A stretch of 64,000 bases of DNA, taken from positions 333,312,001 through 333,376,000 of the forward strand of contig OZ024743.1 in the NCBI GenBank assembly GCA_964016885.1, given 5' to 3'. This document shows, in pieces, positions 33,452 to 49,100 of the stretch. The position numbers and the translations under genes are program-made. The stretch comes from Eledone cirrhosa. Lineage: Eukaryota. Numbering within the stretch: position 1 is the first letter of the stretch; each line of letters begins with the position of its first letter. The notes under the pieces were generated by a model that saw only the letters and a list, made by a program, of their open reading frames with translations, made no database searches and had not been told where the DNA came from.

Positions 33452-33771
33452 GGGAAGACACATGGCTTAGTGGTTAGAGTATTGGGCTTGCAATCAGGAG
33501 GTTGTGAGTTCAATTCTCGGACTGGGTGATGCGTTGTGTCCTTGAGCAAGACACTTTATTTCATGTTGTTCCAGTGGAAATAAGTTGCAACATCATTGGC
33601 CATTGCCTTTCCCTTGGACAACATCAGTAGCATGGAGAGAGGTGGCTGGTATGTACGGACAACTGCTGGTCTTCCACAAACAAACCTTGCCCGGACTTGT
33701 GCCTCAGAAGGGAACTTTCTAGGTGTAAAATACTATGGTCATTTATGATCAAAGGGGTCTTTACACTTTAC
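33452..33771 (+). mobile_element. tRNA-derived SINE with CORE-like central domain, apparently full length (about 320 bp)
   Basis: tRNA-like head with A and B boxes, followed by GTGTCCTTGAGCAAGACACTTTA, which resembles the CORE/MIR motif GTGACCTTGGGCAAGTCACTT. It ends in a short tandem tail CTTTACACTTTAC. Confidence 0.8.
33463..33517 (+). promoter_or_regulatory. RNA polymerase III type-2 internal promoter of the SINE (A box and B box)
   Basis: A box TGGCTTAGTGG (33463-33473) fits TRGCNNARYGG. B box GAGTTCAATTCT (about 33506-33517) fits GTTCRANNC. Spacing is tRNA-like. Confidence 0.7.
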
Positions 33772-34177
33772 TCTATACAAAATATGTGTGTGTGTCAACA
33801 TCATATATATGTTAATCAACAATAGAAACAGAATTAGTATATTTCTACTATGAATATGATACAGTAATTTAATTTGGTACCAAACTACCTAAAACCACCC
33901 AGGATTCTAGGAAACCAAGCTGTTTATTTTAAAGTGTTTTTTTTTTTTGTCTCTTTTAAAAAATATATATAAATTGTGTTTATCTATATTGAAATAAACT
34001 TCTGCAGGTCTTGTTATATTTTCTACAGTGTGAAATTTTAAAGTTGCACGAGTACTAAGGTATTTATTGCTTTGTTAGACTAAAAATGGAATTGTATAGA
34101 AAGCTTCAAACAAAACAAAATAACAACAACAAAACTGTTATATTATTCAAAGCTTACAAAGACAGTGAGGAATACAA

Positions 34178-37100
34178 AACAATCTTGTGTACAGACATAA
34201 TTAAAACAGTTACTGTTACGACACTGGGTCAACAAGTTGGTGTATAGACATAATTATAACGGTTACTATTACTACACTGGGTCAACAATTTGGTGTATAG
34301 ACATAATTATAACAGCTACTGTTACTACACTGGGTCAACAATTTGGTGTATAGACATAATTATAACTGTTACTGTTACTACACTGGGTCAACAAGTTGGT
34401 GTATAGACATAATTATAACAGCTACTGTTACTACACTGGGTCAACAATTTGGTGTACAGACATAATTATAACAGTTACTGTTACTACACTGGGTCAACAA
34501 TTTGGTGTACAGACATAATTATAACAGTTACTGTTACTACACTGGGTCAACAAGTTGTGTATAGACATAATTATAACAGCTACTGTTACTACACTGGGTC
34601 AACAATTTGGTGTACAGACATGATTAAAACAGTTACTGTTGCTACACTGGGTCAACAAGTTGGTGTATAGACATAATTATAACAGTTACTGTTACTACAC
34701 TGGGACAACAATTTGGTGTATAGACATAATTATAACAGTTACTGTTACTACACTGGGTCAACAATTTGGTGTATAGACATAATTATAACAGTTACTGTTA
34801 CTACACTGGGTCAACAAGTTGGTGTACAGACATAATTATAACAGTTACTGTTACTACACTGGGTCAACAATTTGGTGTATAGACATAATTATAACAGTTA
34901 CTGTTACTACACTGGGTCAACAAGTTGGTGTACAGACAATTATAACAGCTACTGTTACTACACTGGGTCAACAATTTGGTGTACAGACATAATTATAACA
35001 GTTACTGTTACTACACTGGGTCAACAATTTGGTGTATAGACATAATTATAACAGTTACTGTTACTACACTGGGTCAACAATTTGGTGTATAGACATAATT
35101 ATAACAGTTACTGTTACTACACTGGGTCAACAAGTCGGTATATAGACATAATTATAAGTTACTGTTACTACACTGGGTCAACAATTTGGTGTACAGACAT
35201 AATTATAACAGTTACTGTTACTACACTGGGTCAACAATTTGGTGTACAGACATAATTATAACAGTTACTGTTACTACACTGGGTCAACAAGTTGGTGTAT
35301 AGACATAATTATAACAGTTACAGTTACTACACTGGGTCAACAATTTGGTGTATAGACATAATTATAACTGTTACTGTTACTACACTGGGTCAACAATTTG
35401 GTGTAAGACATAATTATAACAGTTACTGTTACTACACTGGGTCAACAATTTGGTGTACAGACATAATTATAACAGTTACTGTTACTACACTGGGTCAACA
35501 AGTTGGTGTACAGACGTAATTATAACAGTTACTGTTACTACACTGGGTCAATAAGTTGGTGTATAGACATAATTATAACAGTTACTGTTACTACACTGGG
35601 GCAAGAATTTGGTGTACAGACATAATTATAACAGTTACTGTTACTACACTGGGTCAACAAGTTGGTGTATAGACATAATTATAACAGCTACTGTTACTAC
35701 ACTGGGTCAACAATTTGGTGTACAGACATAATTATAACAGTTACTGTTACTACACTGGGTCAACAATTTGGTGTACAGACATAATTATAACAGTTACTGT
35801 TACTACACTGGGTCAACAATTTGGTGTATAGACATAGTTATAACAGCTACTGTTACTACACTGGGTCAACAAGTTGGTGTACAGACATAATTATAACAGC
35901 TACTGTTACTACACTGGGTCAACAATTTGGTGTACAGACATAATTATAACAGTTACTGTTACTACACTGGGTCAACAATTTGGTGTATAGACATAATTAT
36001 AACAGTTACTGTTACTACACTGGGTCAACAATTTGGTGTACAGACATAATTATAACAGTTACTGTTACTACACTGGGTCAACAATTTGGTGTACAGACAT
36101 AATTATAACAGCTACTGTTACTACACTGGGTCAACAAGTTGGTGTACAGACATAATTATAACAGCTACTGTTACTACACTGGGTCAACAATTTGGTGTAC
36201 AGACATAATTATAACAGTTACTGTTACTACACTGGGTCAACAATCTTGTGTACAGACATAATTATAACAGCTACTGTTACTACACTGGGTCAACAATTTG
36301 GTGTATAGACATAATTATAACTGTTACTGTTACTACACTGGGCCAACAATTTGGTGTACAGACATAATTATAACAGTTACTGTTACTACACTGGGTCAAC
36401 AAGTTGGTGTATAGACATAATTATAACAGCTACTGTTACTACACTGTGTCAACAATTTGGTGTACAGACATAATTAAAACAGTTACTGTTGCTACACTGG
36501 GTCAACAAGTTGGTGTGTAGACATAATTATAACAGCTACTGTTACTACACTGGGTCAACAACTTGGTGTACAGACATAATTATAACAGTTACTGTTACTA
36601 CACTGGGTCAACAATTTGGTGTACAGACATAATTATAACAGTTACTGTTACTACACTGGGTCAACAAGTTGGTGTATAGACATAATTATAACAGCTACTG
36701 TTACTACACTGTGTCAACAATTTGGTGTACAGACATAATTAAAACAGTTACTGTTGCTACACTGGGTCAACAAGTTGGTGTATAGACATAATTATAACAG
36801 CTACTGTTACTACACTGGGTCAACAATTTGGTGTACAGACATAATTATAACAGTTACTGTTACTACACTGGGTCAACAATTTGGTGTATAGACATAATTA
36901 TAACTGTTACTGTTAATACACTGGGTCAACAAGTTGGTGTATAGACAATTATAACAGCTACTGTTACTACACTGGGTCAACAATTTGGTGTACAGACATA
37001 ATTATAACAGTTACTGTTACTACATTGGGTCAACAATTTAGTGTACAGACATAATTATAACAGTTAGTGTACAGACATAATTATAACAGTTACTGTTACT

Positions 37101-40100
37101 ATACTGGGTCAACAATTTGGTGTACAGACATAATTATAACAGTTACTGTTACTACACTGGGTCAACAATTTAGTGTACAGACATAATTATAACAGTTACT
37201 GTTACTACACTGGGTCAACAATTTGGTGTACAGACATAATTATAACAGTTACTGTTACTACACTGGGTCAACAAGTTGGTGTACAGACATAATTATAACA
37301 GTTACTGTTACTACACTGGGTCAACAATTTGGTGTACTGACATAATTATAACAGTTACTGTTACTACACTGGGTCAACAATTTGGTGTATAGACATAATT
37401 ATAACTGTTACTGTTACTACACTGGGTCAACAAGTTGGTGTATAGACATAATTATAACAGTTACTGTTACTACATTGGGTCAACAATTTGGTGTATAGAC
37501 ATAATTATAACAGTTACTGTTACTACACTGGGTCAACAATTTGGTGTATAGACATAATTATAACAGTTACTGCTACTACACTGAGTCAACAATTTGGTGT
37601 ACAGACAATTATAACAGTTACTGTTACGACATTGGGTCAACAATTTAGTGTACAGACATAATTATAACAGTTAGTGTACAGACATAATTATAACAGTTAC
37701 TGTTACTATACTGGGTCAACAAGTTGGTGTATAGACATAATTATAACAGTTACTGTTACTACACTGGGTCAACAAGTTGGTGTACAGACAATTATAACAG
37801 CTACTGTTACTACACTGGGTCAACAATTTGGTGTATAGACATAATTATAACAGTTACTGTTACTACACTGGGTCAACAATTTGGTGTACAGACATAATTA
37901 TAACAGTTACTGTTACTACACTGGTCAACAATTTGGTGTACAGACATAATTATAACAGTTACTGTTACTACACTGGGTCAACAATTTGGTGTATAGACAT
38001 AATTATAACAGTTACTGTTACTACACTGGGTCAACAAGTCGGTGTATAGACATAATTATAAGTTACTGTTACTACACTGGGTCAACAATTTGGTGTACAG
38101 ACATAATTATAACAGTTACTGTTACTACACTGGGTCAACAATTTGGTGTACAGACAATTATAACAGTTACTGTTACTACACTGGGTCAACAAGTTGGTGT
38201 ATAGACATAATTATAACAGTTACAGTTACTACACTGGGTCAACAATTTGGTGTATAGACATAATTATAACTGTTACTGTTACTACACTGGGTCAACAATT
38301 TGGTGTACAGACATAATTATAACAGTTACTGTTACTACACTGGGTCAACAATTTGGTGTATAGACAATTATAACTGTTACTGTTAATACACTGGGTCAAC
38401 AAGTTGGTGTATAGACAATTATAACAGCTACTGTTACTACACTGGGTCAACAATTTGGTGTACAGACATAATTATAACAGTTACTGTTACTACATTGGGT
38501 CAACAATTTAGTGTACAGACATAATTATAACAGTTACTGTTACTATACTGGGTCAACAATTTGGTGTACAGACATAATTATAACAGTTACTGTTACTACA
38601 CTGGGTCAACAATTTAGTGTACAGACATAATTATAACAGTTACTGTTACTACACTGGGTCAACAATTTGGTGTACAGACATAATTATAACAGTTACTGTT
38701 ACTACACTGGGTCAACAAGTTGGTGTACAGACATAATTATAACAGTTACTGTTACTACACTGGGTCAACAATTTGGTGTACTGACATAATTATAACAGTT
38801 ACTGTTACTACACTGGGTCAACAATTTGGTGTATAGACATAATTATAACTGTTACTGTTACTACACTGGGTCAACAAGTTGGTGTATAGACATAATTATA
38901 ACAGTTACTGTTACTACATTGGGTCAACAATTTGGTGTATAGACATAATTATAACAGTTACTGTTACTACACTGGGTCAACAATTTGGTTTATAGACATA
39001 ATAAGTTACTGCTACTACACTGAGTCAACAATTTGGTGTACAGACATAATTATAACAGTTACTGTTACTACATTGGGTCAACAATTTAGTGTACAGACAT
39101 AATTATAACAGTTAGTGTACAGACATAATTATAACAGTTACTGTTACTATACTGGGTCAACAAGTTGGTGTATAGACATAATTATAACAGTTACTGTTAC
39201 TACACTGGGTCAACAAGTTGGTGTACAGACAATTATAACAGCTACTTTTACTACACTGGGTCAACAATTTGGTGTATAGACATAATTATAACAGTTACTG
39301 TTACTACACTGGGTCAACAAGTTGGTGTATAGACATAATTATAACAGTTACTGTTACTACACTGGGTCAACAATTTGGTGTACAGACATAATTATAACAG
39401 TTACTGTTACTACACTGGTCAACAATTTGGTGTACAGACATAATTATAACAGTTACTGTTACTACACTGGGTCAACAAGTTGGTGTATAGACATAATTAT
39501 AACAGTTACTGTTACTACACTGGGTCAACAAGTCGGTGTATAGACATAATTATAAGTTACTGTTACTACACTGGGTCAACAATTTGGTGTACAGACATAA
39601 TTATAACAGTTACTGTTACTACACTGGGTCAACAATTTGGTGTACAGACAATTATAACAGTTACTGTTACTACACTGGGTCAACAAGTTGGTGTATAGAC
39701 ATAATTATAACAGTTACAGTTACTACACTGGGTCAACAATTTGGTGTATAGACATAATTATAACTGTTACTGTTACTACACTGGGTCAACAATTTGGTGT
39801 ACAGACATAATTATAACAGTTACTGTTACTACACTGGGTCAACAATTTGGTGTACAGACATAATTATAACTGTTACTGTTACTACACTGGGTCAACAAGT
39901 TGGTGTATAGACATAATTATAACAGTTACTGTTACTACACTGGGTCAACAATTTGGTGTACAGACATAATTATAACAGTTACAGTTACTACACTGGGACA
40001 ACAATTTGGTGTATAGACATAATTATAACTGTTACTGTTACTACACTGGGTCAACAATTTGGTGTACAGACATAATTATAACAGTTACTGTTACTACACT

Positions 40101-43100
40101 GGGTCAACAATTTGGTGTATAGACATAATTATAACTGTTACTGTTACTACACTGGGTCAACAATTTGGTGTACAGACATAATTATAACAGTTACAGTTAC
40201 TACACTGGGTCAACAATTTGGTGTACAGACATAATTATAACAGTTACTGTTACTACACTGGGTCAACAAGTTGGTGTACAGACGTAATTATAACAGTTAC
40301 TGTTACTACACTGGGTCAACAAGTTGGTGTATAGACATAATTATAACAGTTACTGTTACTACACTGGGGCAACAATTTGGTGTACAGACATAATTATAAC
40401 AGTTACTGTTACTACACTGGGTCAACAAGTTGGTGTATAGACATAATTATAACAGCTACTGTTACTACACTGGGTCAACAATTTGGTGTACAGACATAAT
40501 TATAACAGTTACTGTTACTACACTGGGTCAACAATTTGGTGTACAAACATAATTATAACAGTTACTGTTACTACACTGGGTCAACAATTTGGTGTATAGA
40601 CATAATTATAACAGTTACTGTTACTACACTGGGTCAACAATTTGGTGTAGAGACATAATTATAACAGTTACTGTTACTACACTGGGTCAAGAATTTGGTG
40701 TACAGACATAATTATAACTGTTACTGTTACTACACTGGGTCAACAACTTGGTGTACAGACATAATTATAACAGTTACTGTTACTACACTGGGTCAACAAT
40801 TTGGTGTACAGACATAATTATAACAGTTACTGTTACTACACTGGGTCAACAAGTTGGTGTATAGACATAATTATAACAGCTATTGTTACTACACTGTGTC
40901 AACAATTTGGTGTACAGACATAATTAAAACAGTTACTGTTGCTACACTGGGTCAACAAGTTGGTGTATAGACATAATTATAACAGCTACTGTTACTACAC
41001 TGGGTCAACAATTTGGTGTATAGACATAATTATAACTGTTACTGTTACTACACTGGGTCAACAATTTGGTGTATAGACATAATTATAACTGTTACTGTTA
41101 CTACACTGGGTCAACAACTTGGTGTACAGACATAATTATAACAGTTACTGTTACTACACTGGGTCAACAATTTGGTGTACAGACATAATTATAACAGTTA
41201 CTGTTACTACACTGGGTCAACAAGTTGGTGTATAGACATAATTATAACAGCTACTGTTACTACACTGTGTCAACAATTTGGTGTACAGACATAATTAAAA
41301 CAGTTACTGTTGCTACACTGGGTCAACAAGTTGGTGTATAGACATAATTATAACAGCTACTGTTACTACACTGGGTCAACAATTTGGTGTACAGACATAA
41401 TTATAACAGTTACTGTTACTACACTGGGTCAACAATTTGGTGTATAGACATAATTATAACAGTTACTGTTAATACACTGGGTCAACAAGTTGGTGTACAG
41501 ACAATTATAACAGCTACTGTTACTACACTGGGTCAACAATTTGGTGTACAGACATAATTATAACAGTTACTGTTACTACATTGGGTCAACAATTTGGTGT
41601 ATAGACATAATTATAACAGTTACTGTTACTACACTGGGTCAACAATTTGGTGTATAGACATAATTATAACAGTTACTGTTACTACACTGAGTCAACAATT
41701 TGGTGTACAGACATAATTATAACATTTACTGTTACTACATTGGGTCAACAATCTTGTGTACAGACATAATTATAACAGTTAGTGTACAGACATAATTATA
41801 ACAGTTACTGTTACTATACTGGGTCAACAATTTGGTGTACAGACATAATTATAACAGTTACTGTTACTACACTGGGTCAACAATTTAGTGTACAGACATA
41901 ATTATAACAGTTACTGTTACTACACTGGGTCAACAATTTGGTGTACAGACATAATTATAACAGTTACTGTTACTACACTGGGTCAACAATTTGGTGTACA
42001 GACATAATTATAACAGTTACTGTTACTACACTGGGTCAACAATTTGGTGTACAGACATAATTATAACAGTTACAGTTGCTACACTGGGTCAACAATTTGG
42101 TGTATAGACATAATTATAACTGTTACTGTTACTACACTGGGTCAACAATTTGGTGTACAGACAATTATAACAGTTACTGTTACTACACTGGGTCAACAAG
42201 TTGGTGTACAGACATAATTATAACAGTTACTGTTACTACACTGGGTCAACAATTTGGTGTACAGACATAATTATAACAGTTACTGTTACTACACTGGGTC
42301 AACAATTTGGTGTACAGACATAATTATAACAGTTACTGTTACTACACTGGGTCAACAAGTTGGTGTATAGACATAATTATAACAGCTACTGTTACTACAC
42401 TGGGTCAACAATTTGGTGTACAGACATGATTAAAACAGTTACTGTTGCTACACTGGGCCAACAAGTTGGTGTATAGACATAATTATAACAACTACTGTTA
42501 CTACACTGGGTCAACAATTTGGTGTACAGACAATTATAACAGTTACTGTTACTACACTGGGTCAACAATTTGGTGTATAGACATAATTATAACAGTTACT
42601 GTTACTACACTGGGTCAACAAGTTGGTGTACAGACAATTATAACAGCTACTGTTACTACACTGGGTCAACAATTTGGTGTACAGACATAATTATAACATT
42701 TACTGTTACTACATTGGGTCAACAATCTTGTGTACAGACATAATTATAACAGTTAGTGTACAGACATAATTATAACAGTTACTGTTACTATACTGGGTCA
42801 ACAATTTGGTGTACAGACATAATTATAACAGTTACTGTTACTACACTGGGTCAACAATTTAGTGTACAGACATAATTATAACAGTTACTGTTACTACACT
42901 GGGTCAACAATTTGGTGTACAGACATAATTATAACAGTTACTGTTACTACACTGGGTCAACAATTTGGTGTACAGACATAATTATAACAGTTACTGTTAC
43001 TACACTGGGTCAACAATTTGGTGTACAGACATAATTATAACAGTTACAGTTGCTACACTGGGTCAACAATTTGGTGTATAGACATAATTATAACTGTTAC

Positions 43101-46100
43101 TGTTACTACACTGGGTCAACAATTTGGTGTACAGACAATTATAACAGTTACTGTTACTACACTGGGTCAACAAGTTGGTGTACAGACATAATTATAACAG
43201 TTACTGTTACTACACTGGGTCAACAATTTGGTGTACAGACATAATTATAACAGTTACTGTTACTACACTGGGTCAACAATTTGGTGTACAGACATAATTA
43301 TAACAGTTACTGTTACTACACTGGGTCAACAAGTTGGTGTATAGACATAATTATAACAGCTACTGTTACTACACTGGGTCAACAATTTGGTGTACAGACA
43401 TGATTAAAACAGTTACTGTTGCTACACTGGGCCAACAAGTTGGTGTATAGACATAATTATAACAACTACTGTTACTACACTGGGTCAACAATTTGGTGTA
43501 CAGACAATTATAACAGTTACTGTTACTACACTGGGTCAACAATTTGGTGTATAGACATAATTATAACAGTTACTGTTACTACACTGGGTCAACAAGTTGG
43601 TGTACAGACAATTATAACAGCTACTGTTACTACACTGGGTCAACAATTTGGTGTACAGACATAATTATAACAGTTACTGTTACTACACTGGGTCAACAAT
43701 TTGGTGTATAGACATAATTATAACAGTTACTGTTACTACACTGGGTCAACAATTTGGTGTATAGACATAATTATAACAGTTACTGTTACTACACTGGGTC
43801 AACAAGTCGGTATATAGACATAATTATAAGTTACTGTTACTACACTGGGTCAACAATTTGGTGTACAGACATAATTATAACAGTTACTGTTACTACACTG
43901 GGTCAACAATTTGGTGTACAGACATAATTATAACAGTTACTGTTACTACACTGGGTCAACAAGTTGGTGTATAGAGATAATTATAACAGTTACAGTTACT
44001 ACACTGGGTCAACAATTTGGTGTATAGACATAATTATAACTGTTACTACACTGGGTCAACAATTTGGTGTACAGACATAATTATAACAGTTACTGTTACT
44101 ACACTGGGTCAACAATTTGGTGTACAGACATAATTATAACAGTTACTGTTATTACACTGGGTCAACAAGTTGGTGTACAGACGTAATTATAACAGTTACT
44201 GTTACTACACTGGGGCAACAATTTGGTGTACAGACATAATTATAACAGTTACTGTTACTACACTGGGTCAACAAGTTGGTGTATAGACATAATTATAACA
44301 GCTACTGTTACTACACTGGGTCAACAATTTGGTGTACAGACATAATTATAACAGTTACTGTTACTACACTGGGTCAACAATTTGGTTGTACAGACATAAT
44401 TATAACAGTTACTGTTACTACACTGGGTCAACAATTTGGTGTATAGACATAATTATAACAGCTACTGTTACTACACTGGGTCAACAAGTTGGTGTACAGA
44501 CATAATTATAACAGCTACTGTTACTACACTGGGTCAACAATTTGGTGTACAGACATAATTATAACAGTTACTGTTACTACACTGGGTCAACAATTTGGTG
44601 TATAGACATAATTATAACAGTTACTGTTACTACACTGGGTCAACAATTTGGTGTACAGACATAATTATAACAGTTACTGTTACTACACTGGGTCAACAAT
44701 TTGGTGTACAGACATAATTATAACAGCTACTGTTACTACACTGGGTCAACAAGTTGGTGTACAGACATAATTATAACAGCTACTGTTACTACACTGGGTC
44801 AACAATTTGGTGTACAGACATAATTATAACAGTTACTGTTACTACACTGGGTCAACAATCTTGTGTACAGACATAATTATAAGAGCTACTGTTACTACAC
44901 TGGGTCAACAATTTGGTGTATAGACATAATTATAACTGTTACTGTTACTACACTGGGTCAACAAGTTGGTGTGTAGACATAATTATAACAGCTACTGTTA
45001 CTACACTGGGTCAACAACTTGGTGTACAGACATAATTATAACAGTTACTGTTACTACACTGGGTCAACAAGTTGGTGTATAGACATAATTTTAACAGCTA
45101 CTGTTACTACACTGTGTCAACAATTTGGTGTACAGACATAATTAAAACAGTTACTGTTGCTACACTGGGTCAACAAGTTGGTGTATAGACATAATTATAA
45201 CAGCTACTGTTACTACACTGGGTCAACAATTTGGTGTATAGACATAATTATAACAGCTACTGTTACTACACTGGGTCAACAATTTGGTGTACAGACATAA
45301 TTATGACAGTTACTGTTACTACACTGGGTCAACAATTTGGTGTACAGACATAATTATAACAGTTACTGTTACTACACTGGGTCAACAAGTTGGTGTATAG
45401 ACATAATTATAACAGCTACTGTTACTACACTGGGTCAACAATTTGGTGTACAGACATGATTAAAACAGTTACTGTTGCTACACTGGGTCAACAAGTTGGT
45501 GTATAGACATAATTATAACAACTACTGTTACTACACTGGGTCAACAATTTGGTGTACAGACATAATTATAACAGTTACTGTTACTACACTGGGTCAACAA
45601 TTTGGTGTATAGACATAATTATAACAGTTACTGTTACTACACTGGGTCAACAAGTTGGTGTACAGACAATTATAACAGCTACTGTTACTACACTGGGTCA
45701 ACAATTTGGTGTACAGACATAATTATAACAGTTACTGTTACTACACTGGGTCAACAATTTGGTGTATAGACATAATTATAACAGTTACTACACTGGGTCA
45801 ACAAGTTGGTGTATAGACATAATTATAACAGTTACTGTTACTACACTGGGTCAACAATTTGGTGTACAGACATAATTATAACAGTTACTGTTACTACACT
45901 GGGTCAACAATTTGGTGTACAGACATAATTATAACAGTTACTGTTACTACACTGGGTCAACAATTTGGTGTATAGACATAATTATAACAATTACTGTTAC
46001 TACACTGGGTCAACAAGTCGGTATATAGACATAATTATAAGTTACTGTTACTACACTGGGTCAACAATTTGGTGTACAGACATAATTATAACAGTTACTG

Positions 46101-49100
46101 TTACTACACTGGGTCAACAATTTGGTGTACAGACATAATTATAACAGTTACTGTTACTACACTGGGTCAACAAGTTGGTGTATAGAGATAATTATAACAG
46201 TTACAGTTACTACACTGGGTCAACAATTTGGTGTATAGACATAATTATAACTGTTACTGTTACTACACTGGGTCAACAATTTGGTGTACAGACATAATTA
46301 TAACAGTTACTGTTACTACACTGGGTCAACAATTTGGTGTACAGACATAATTATAAAAGTTATTGTTACTACACTGGGTCAACAAGTTGGTGTACAGACG
46401 TAATTATAACAGTTACTGTTACTACACTGGGGCAACAATTTGGTGTACAGACATAATTATAACAGTTACTGTTACTACACTGGGTCAACAAGTTGGTGTA
46501 TAGACATAATTATAACAGCTACTGTTACTACACTGGGTCAACAATTTGGTGTACAGACATAATTATAACAGTTACTGTTACTACACTGGGTCAACAATTT
46601 GGTGTACAGACATAATTATAACAGTTACTGTTACTACACTGGGTCAACAATTTGGTGTATAGACATAATTATAACAGCTACTGTTACTACACTGGGTCAA
46701 CAAGTTGGTGTACAGACATAATTATAACAGCTACTGTTACTACACTGGGTCAACAATTTGGTGTACAGACATAATTATAACAGTTACTGTTACTACACTG
46801 GGTCAACAATTTGGTGTATAGACATAATTATAACAGTTACTGTTACTACACTGGGTCAACAATTTGGTGTACAGACATAATTATAACAGTTACTGTTACT
46901 ACACTGGGTCAACAATTTGGTGTACAGACATAATTATAACAGCTACTGTTACTACACTGGGTCAACAAGTTGGTGTACAGACATAATTATAACAGCTACT
47001 GTTACTACACTGGGTCAACAATTTGGTGTACAGACATAATTATAACAGTTACTGTTACTACACTGGGTCAACAATCTTGTGTACAGACATAATTATAACA
47101 GCTACTGTTACTACACTGGGTCAACAATTTGGTGTATAGACATAATTATAACTGTTACTGTTACTACACTGGGTCAACAAGTTGGTGTGTAGACATAATT
47201 ATAACAGCTACTGTTACTACACTGGGTCAACAACTTGGTGTACAGACATAATTATAACAGTTACTGTTACTACACTGGGTCAACAATTTGGTGTACAGAC
47301 ATAATTATAACAGTTACTGTTACTACATTGGGTCAACAAGTTGGTGTATAGACATAATTATAACAGCTACTGTTACTACACTGTGTCAACAATTTGGTGT
47401 ACAGACATAATTAAAACAGTTACTGTTGCTACACTGGGTCAACAAGTTGGTGTATAGACATAATTATAACAGCTACTGTTACTACACTGGGTCAACAATT
47501 TGGTGTACAGACATAATTATAACAGTTACTGTTACTACACTGGGTCAACAATTTGGTGTATAGACTTAATTATAACAGTTACTGTTAATACACTGGGGCA
47601 ACAAGTTGGTGTATAGACAATTATAACAGCTACTGTTACTACACTGGGTCAACAATTTGGTGTACAGACATAATTATAACAGTTACTGTTACTACATTGG
47701 GTCAACAATTTAGTGTACAGACATAATTATAACAGTTAGTGTACAGACATAATTATAACAGTTACTGTTACTATACTGGGTCAACAATTTGGTGTACAGA
47801 CATAATTATAACAGTAACTGTTACTACACTGGGTCAACAATTTGGTGTATAGACATAATTATAACAGTTACTGTTACTACACTGGGTCAACAAGTTGGTG
47901 TATAGACATAATTATAACAGTTACTGTTACTACACTGGGTCAACAATTTGGTGTACAGACATAATTATAACAGTTACTGTTACTACACTGGTCAACAATT
48001 TGGTGTACAGACATAATTATAACAGTTACTGTTACTACACTGGGTCAACAATTTGGTGTATAGACATAATTATAACAGTTACTGTTACTACACTGGGTCA
48101 ACAAATCGGTGTATAGACATAATTATAAGTTACTCTTACTACACTGGGTCAACAATTTGGTGTACAGACATAATTATAACAGTTACTGTTACTACACTGG
48201 GTCAACAATTTGGTGTACAGACATAATTATAACAGTTACTGTTACTACACTGGGTCAACAAGTTGGTGTATAGACATAATTATAACAGTTACAGTTACTA
48301 CACTGGGTCAACAATTTGGTGTATAGACATAATTATAACTGTTACTACACTGGGTCAACAATTTGGTGTACAGACATAATTATAACAGCTACTGTTACTA
48401 CACTGGGTCAACAAGTTGGTGTACAGACATAATTATAACAGCTACTGTTACTACACTGGGTCAACAATTTGGTGTACAGACATAATTGTAACAGTTACTG
48501 TTACTACACTGGATCAACAATCTTGTGTACAGACATAATTATAACAGCTACTGTTACTACAATGGGTCAACAATTTGGTGTATAGACATAATTATAACTG
48601 TTACTGTTACTACACTGGGTCAACAAGTTGGTGTGTAGACATAATTATAACAGCTACTGTTACTACACTGGGTCAACAACTTGGTGTACAGACATAATTA
48701 TAACAGTTACTGTTACTACACTGGGTCAACAATTTGGTGTACAGACATAATTATAACAGTTACTGTTACTACACTGGGTCAACAAGATGGTGTATAGACA
48801 TAATTATAACAGCTACTGTTACTACACTGTGTCAACAATTTGGTGTACAGACATAATTAAAACAGTTACTGTTGCTACACTGGGTCAACAAGTTGGTGTA
48901 TAGACATAATTATAACAGCTACTGTTACTACACTGGCTCAACAATTTGGTGTACAGACATAATTATAACAGTTACTGTTACTACACTGGGTCAACAATTT
49001 GGTGTATAGACTTAATTATAACAGTTACTGTTAATACACTGGGTCAACGAGTTGGTGTATAGACAATTATAACAGCTACTGTTACTACACTGGGTCAACA

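Noticed and set aside
33452-33525. tRNA gene
   Set aside because: A and B boxes are present, but I could not fold a proper cloverleaf, and the sequence continues into a CORE-like SINE body.
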